Notes under the pieces: model-generated
Databases searched by the model: none
Told to the model about the DNA's origin: nothing
Seen by the model: the letters and a program-made list of their open reading frames with translations, nothing else
Made by a program: the position numbers and the translations under genes
In this document: positions 60,072-64,000 of the stretch, piece by piece
Position numbering within the stretch: the first letter of the stretch is position 1
Layout of the letters: the number at the start of each line of letters is the position of its first letter
Assembly: GCA_944391755.1 (NCBI GenBank)
Contig: CALXUT010000001.1
Location: 2,959 to 66,958 of the forward strand
DNA: 64,000 nt
From: an uncultured Clostridia bacterium
GTDB taxonomy: Bacteria; Bacillota; Clostridia; TANB77; CAG-508
Reading direction: 5' to 3'

Positions 60072-60853
60072 TCTGCATCTCCTCTTTTTTTGGGATTTAA
60101 TAAAATAATTCTTCCAAAAATATGTTTATTTAATAATTTACTTATCTCTGGATTTTGATTTAATTCCTCTATATCTTTTCCATGTGCTGTAAAAATCCCT
60201 TTTACACCGGAACACATAGCATAATCGATAGCTTCAACATCTTCTAAACTTCCAATTTCATCACACGCAATAACATCTGGACACATAGATCTCACTAATC
60301 TTCTCATTCCTGCTGCTTTGGGTATATTGTCTATCACATCTGTCCTTAGTCCTATATCATTTTGCGGTATTCCTTTATACATAGCTGCTATTTCTCCTCT
60401 TTCGTCTACAACGCCAACTGTTTTTCCTGCAAATCCTAGTACATTTATTCCATTGCTTATATTTCTTATGATATCTCTTAGTAAAGTCGTTTTTCCACAT
60501 CCTGGTGGTGATATAATTAAGGTATTATGTATGGAATTTTCTTTTATATTAATAATATCTTCTATAACTTTATTACTACATCCTATTTTTTGTCTGGCAA
60601 TTCTAAAATTTAAACTAGATATATAATTGATATTAATAATTTGTTCATTATCAATGACAGCACTTCCTACAATGCCGACTCTATGCCCTCCTCTAATCGT
60701 TATATAGCCATCACAAATTTGCCTTCTATAGGAATATACAGAGTTTTCACATATTTTTTCGAATGCTTGCAGGACTTCTTGTTGACTTACTACATAATCA
60801 ATAATTTTAGTTTCTTGTCCAACTTTTAAACATAGTGGTTTATTACTTCTCAA
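60044..60853 (-). CDS. spoIIIAA: Stage III sporulation protein AA (ATPase); the N-terminal ~28 codons lie in another frame
   Basis: Motifs are IRLRSNKP, YVTIRGGHRVG and Walker A PPGCGKTT. A Shine-Dalgarno-preceded ATG at 60968 opens MTELDSVLSYIPHQIRKIIGDISEREEK. This joins the main frame if one T of the T5 run at 60885-60889 is removed. Confidence 0.85.
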   Translation of the reverse strand: MRSNKPLCLKVGQETKIIDYVVSQQEVLQAFEKICENSVYSYRRQICDGYITIRGGHRVGIVGSAVIDNEQIININYISSLNFRIARQKIGCSNKVIEDIINIKENSIHNTLIISPPGCGKTTLLRDIIRNISNGINVLGFAGKTVGVVDERGEIAAMYKGIPQNDIGLRTDVIDNIPKAAGMRRLVRSMCPDVIACDEIGSLEDVEAIDYAMCSGVKGIFTAHGKDIEELNQNPEISKLLNKHIFGRIILLNPKKRGDAECIYLNAFC

Positions 60854-61008
60854 TCTTATTTCTTCTATTTGAATTTTCTCACCGTTTTTCTTCTCTTTCA
60901 GATATGTCTCCTATGATTTTTCTTATTTGATGTGGTATATAACTTAATACACTATCTAGTTCTGTCATTTTCTCATCTCCAAAATAGTCTTAGATTTTTG
61001 AATGCAAT

Positions 61009-61040
61009 AAAAGAGCATATATTATAATATATGCTCTTCC
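61009..61040 (-). terminator. Hairpin after the 443-aa ORF
   Basis: AAGAGCATATAT-TATA-ATATATGCTCTT. The T-tail on the minus strand is weak. Confidence 0.5.
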
Positions 61041-61062
61041 TTTTTATTTTAGAACTATGACT

Positions 61063-62394
61063 TTACATTAATCCTAATTTTTGATAAATTCCTAATAATA
61101 AAGTTTGTAATTCTTCATCTGTTGCATCATTAATGATGATAGCATTTTCCTCATTAAATCCTTCTATTTGTATGTCTGGTGAGAAAGTTATTGTATTTTG
61201 ATAATTTAAGGTTGTTTGTGTATTTGTATTTGCATAATACTCACCATCACCTTCTACTTGTTGTTTTATCTCTATGTCCAATATTTCTTGTACATTATCT
61301 AAAGCAAATAAATTTTTATATTGCATTGTTGCATTTAATTCTATTATTGCTCCATCTTGTTCCATTTTTATTGTTGCTTTAATAATAACATCATTTTCTA
61401 CTTTTTCATTAGATATATTCATATCTACTAATAAATCTGTGTGATCATAAATTTTAGCTGAAACCGCATTATCATTGATTTCAATTATCATTGAGCCAAC
61501 TGCTTCATTTTCTTCAATAACTGCTATTTCATATTTTTTTGCTACTCTTTTTTCTAGATACATTTTTATTTCTATGTTATTGTTATCATCAGTTGTCGTA
61601 TTGCTCATTTCATCTAACATTTGTTGTATAGAATTTTGAAATTCTGTTCTTGTTGCTTCTGGTATTTTATTTAATATAATTTCATCGTCTTTAATTGTTT
61701 GAAATACTTTTTCAAATATTTCTTTTGCTTTTGCTTCTGTCATTGTTAAAGTAATAATAGTTTCATTATTAACTTTCTCTTTTGTAAATAATTCTTCTTC
61801 TAAATTATCACTTAATATGTTTATATATTTTTCTTTTAATGTTTTTAATTCATCACTTGTAAATTGTGTATTTTCTAGTTCGATTTTGTCTGGAAGATTT
61901 GTTGCATCCATATCAAATTTTTCTGCTAATGCTTTTAAATTTTCATTTCTAATTGCTATAAATCTTGCATCTAATAAATCAGAATGGATTCCATATGTAT
62001 CTCCATCTCTTTTAAATTCTATTGGAATGATAACTCCTTGTGATAAATCTAATGATATGGTTTGTTCTGCTAATTTTTTGGCTACATCTGTATTTCCTTC
62101 GAAATCTACTGTCACATTTTCTATTCCTTCAGTTGTATTATATGTTGTATCATCAGAATCCATAGTCATTGTTGCCTCTCCAGCATTTGAATATGGTGTG
62201 GTTTCCTTTTTGTTTAAATATTCTGTTAATTTATTATCCATTTCTTTTGCTTGCTCTGTATCTTCTGCAAAAAGATAAGTAAAAAATATTTCTTTTTCTG
62301 TCTTAAATGCATCTGTTGCAAAATAAGCATAGGCAACTCCTGCCCCTAATAAGATTACTACTAGTAGTACTAATAATAAAATTTTCTTTTTCAT
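61063..62394 (-). CDS. Hypothetical membrane-anchored extracytoplasmic protein
   Basis: 443-aa acidic ORF with an N-terminal TM/signal anchor. I recognise no motif. Confidence 0.65.
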   Translation of the reverse strand: MKKKILLLVLLVVILLGAGVAYAYFATDAFKTEKEIFFTYLFAEDTEQAKEMDNKLTEYLNKKETTPYSNAGEATMTMDSDDTTYNTTEGIENVTVDFEGNTDVAKKLAEQTISLDLSQGVIIPIEFKRDGDTYGIHSDLLDARFIAIRNENLKALAEKFDMDATNLPDKIELENTQFTSDELKTLKEKYINILSDNLEEELFTKEKVNNETIITLTMTEAKAKEIFEKVFQTIKDDEIILNKIPEATRTEFQNSIQQMLDEMSNTTTDDNNNIEIKMYLEKRVAKKYEIAVIEENEAVGSMIIEINDNAVSAKIYDHTDLLVDMNISNEKVENDVIIKATIKMEQDGAIIELNATMQYKNLFALDNVQEILDIEIKQQVEGDGEYYANTNTQTTLNYQNTITFSPDIQIEGFNEENAIIINDATDEELQTLLLGIYQKLGLM

Positions 62395-62445
62395 AATATT
62401 ACCCCCTTTTCTTTTTTATACTATACTTTAAGTTTACTATAAAAT

Positions 62446-62480
62446 AAAAAAACTGTCAACTTTTTGGTAAAATTGACAAT
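62446..62480 (-). terminator. Terminator after yebC
   Basis: Minus strand reads TTGTCAA-loop-TTGACAG followed by T7. Confidence 0.55.
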
Positions 62481-62506
62481 TTTTTATTGATTAAATTTTA
62501 TGTATA

Positions 62507-63232
62507 TTATTCTTCCCAATTATGGTAAACATTCATCACATCATCTAAGTCTTCTAGTTTCTCTATTAATCTTTCCATTTTTTCTTGTCCAGCTTCGTCT
62601 AATACGACGGTTGTTGTTGGAACCATTTGAACTTCTGCTTCTAAGAATGTTAATCCTGCTTCTTCTAGTTTTTCTCTTACAGATGAAAATTCTGATGGTT
62701 CTGTTGTAATTTCATATACTTCTTCTGATGCATTGAAATCCTCTGCTCCAGCATCTAATGCTAACATCATTAATTCTTCTTCATCCATTGTTGTTGAAGC
62801 TTTTTCGATTACGATAACACCTTTTTTATTAAACATATATGATACACATCCTGTTGTTCCTAGATTTCCACCTGCTTTATCAAATATATGTCTTACATCA
62901 GATGCTGTTCTATTTCTATTATCTGTGTTTGCATTTACGATGACTGCTACTCCATTTGGTCCATATCCCTCATATACAACTTCTTCATATGTTGCTGTAT
63001 TTCCTTCCCCAGAGGCTTTTTTGATTGCATTATTGATTGTGTCATTTGGCATGTTTGCTGCCTTACATTTTGCAATTACATCTTTTAATTTTGAATTTCC
63101 TGCTGGATCTGGTCCTCCTTGTTTTACTGCTATTAATAGTTCTCTTCCTAGTTTTGTGAATATTTTTCCCCTTGCAGCATCTGCTTTTCCTTTTTTGGCT
63201 TGTATATTATGCCATTTACTATGTCCTGACAT
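62507..63232 (-). CDS. yebC: YebC/PmpR-family DNA-binding regulator
   Basis: The [29 protein letters not shown]-terminus is diagnostic. Confidence 0.93.
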   Translation of the reverse strand: MSGHSKWHNIQAKKGKADAARGKIFTKLGRELLIAVKQGGPDPAGNSKLKDVIAKCKAANMPNDTINNAIKKASGEGNTATYEEVVYEGYGPNGVAVIVNANTDNRNRTASDVRHIFDKAGGNLGTTGCVSYMFNKKGVIVIEKASTTMDEEELMMLALDAGAEDFNASEEVYEITTEPSEFSSVREKLEEAGLTFLEAEVQMVPTTTVVLDEAGQEKMERLIEKLEDLDDVMNVYHNWEE

Positions 63233-63300
63233 GTAAATTCCTCCTTTTTCTTTCTACAATATTTTATCATACTTTTTACATTTTGTGTAGTAGTTTTATA

Positions 63301-64000
63301 TTATTTTCCAAAATACTCTTTAATAAATTGCATTCTCTTCATTTGATTTACATGAAATGGACATCTATGATTACAGTGACCGCAGCCAATACAATCTTTG
63401 GCTGTCTTTTCTAAATTCATATAATGGTCTTTTGCAAGTTTATCTCCTGCTAATGACAAATCATAATATTTATTTATTAAACCAATATCTAGCTTCATAG
63501 GACATGGCATACAATGATTGCAGTATACACATTTTCCTGTCACATCAGCAGGTGCAAATTCTCCAATAATAGAATAATCTTTTTCTTCAGGAGTTGCATC
63601 AACATATTTTAATAATTCTATTAGATCTTCTTTTCCTCTTATTCCTGGGAGTACTGTTAATACTCCAGGTCTATCTAAGGCATATTGTATGCATTGTATT
63701 CTCGTAAGTTTTTTTCCAAAAGGAGATGTTCTCTCATCTAATAATTGACCACCTGAAAATGGTTTCATAACAGATATTCCAACACCTTCTGATTCACATC
63801 TTTTATATAAACTTGTTCTTTCATCTGCAGAACCATTTGCATAGTCTCCATGATGATAATCATATCCCGGATTGATACTAAACATTACCATATCTATTAA
63901 ATTGGTATCTAATGCTTTTTCTACAAGTCGTGGTGTGTGTGATGAAATTCCAATATGTTTAACCATTCCTTTTTCTTTCAATTCTTTTATGTAATCTAAT
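63301..64000 (-). CDS. Aldo/keto reductase with a C-terminal 4Fe-4S binding region (5' end beyond the window)
   Basis: The AKR-like core (GISSH, VMKPFSGG) is followed by two Cys clusters, CVYCNHCMPCP and CIGCGHCNHRCP. The reading frame is still open at position 64000. Confidence 0.8.
   Translation of the reverse strand, partial: LDYIKELKEKGMVKHIGISSHTPRLVEKALDTNLIDMVMFSINPGYDYHHGDYANGSADERTSLYKRCESEGVGISVMKPFSGGQLLDERTSPFGKKLTRIQCIQYALDRPGVLTVLPGIRGKEDLIELLKYVDATPEEKDYSIIGEFAPADVTGKCVYCNHCMPCPMKLDIGLINKYYDLSLAGDKLAKDHYMNLEKTAKDCIGCGHCNHRCPFHVNQMKRMQFIKEYFGK

Overview
Very AT-rich chromosomal window from an endospore-forming Firmicute, Clostridia-like: it carries the spoIIIAA-AH operon, a pro-sigma-K gene and a GerA-type germination protein. 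Nearly every credible gene is on the minus strand; the exceptions are sigK, the gerA-like gene and a dead ISL3 copy. I found no rRNA, tRNA or CRISPR array. Core blocks, in order: a T-box leader, then an M4 protease-like gene, then valS; an iron alcohol dehydrogenase; def-priA; rpoZ-remA-yicC-rsmE; dTDP-rhamnose genes (rfbB-rfbC and rfbA-rfbD) separated by a decayed membrane-protein gene; the glycolytic operon gap-pgk-tpiA-gpmI-[YezG-like gene]-eno; a sortase/cohesin/dockerin surface cluster; TetR plus two ABC exporter genes; pfkA; prfB with its programmed +1 frameshift; rubrerythrin-rubredoxin; the spoIIIA operon; yebC. Accessory material is concentrated at about 21.2-26.6 kb. It holds one gene of foreign GC-rich composition, two PHP phosphoesterase genes flanking a zeta-toxin-like P-loop gene, an internally deleted ISL3 element and a small membrane protein. 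The observations most worth a second look are: (1) a four-copy family of ~85-nt palindromic elements sharing a conserved 28-nt core, one of them inside the spoIIIA operon; (2) the compositionally foreign gene whose GC shift coincides with its ORF boundaries; (3) the PHP / P-loop / PHP island; (4) an untracked 40-aa hydrophobic ORF with its own consensus promoter and terminators, resembling a type I toxin; (5) three in-frame TAG codons in accessory genes, together with three +1 homopolymer frameshifts; (6) a cohesin-dockerin-sortase cluster whose dockerin protein is a GH73-like cell-wall hydrolase; (7) a T-box apparently governing a protease-like gene plus valS. All function calls rest on motifs read by eye. 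No database search, folding or statistics could be run.
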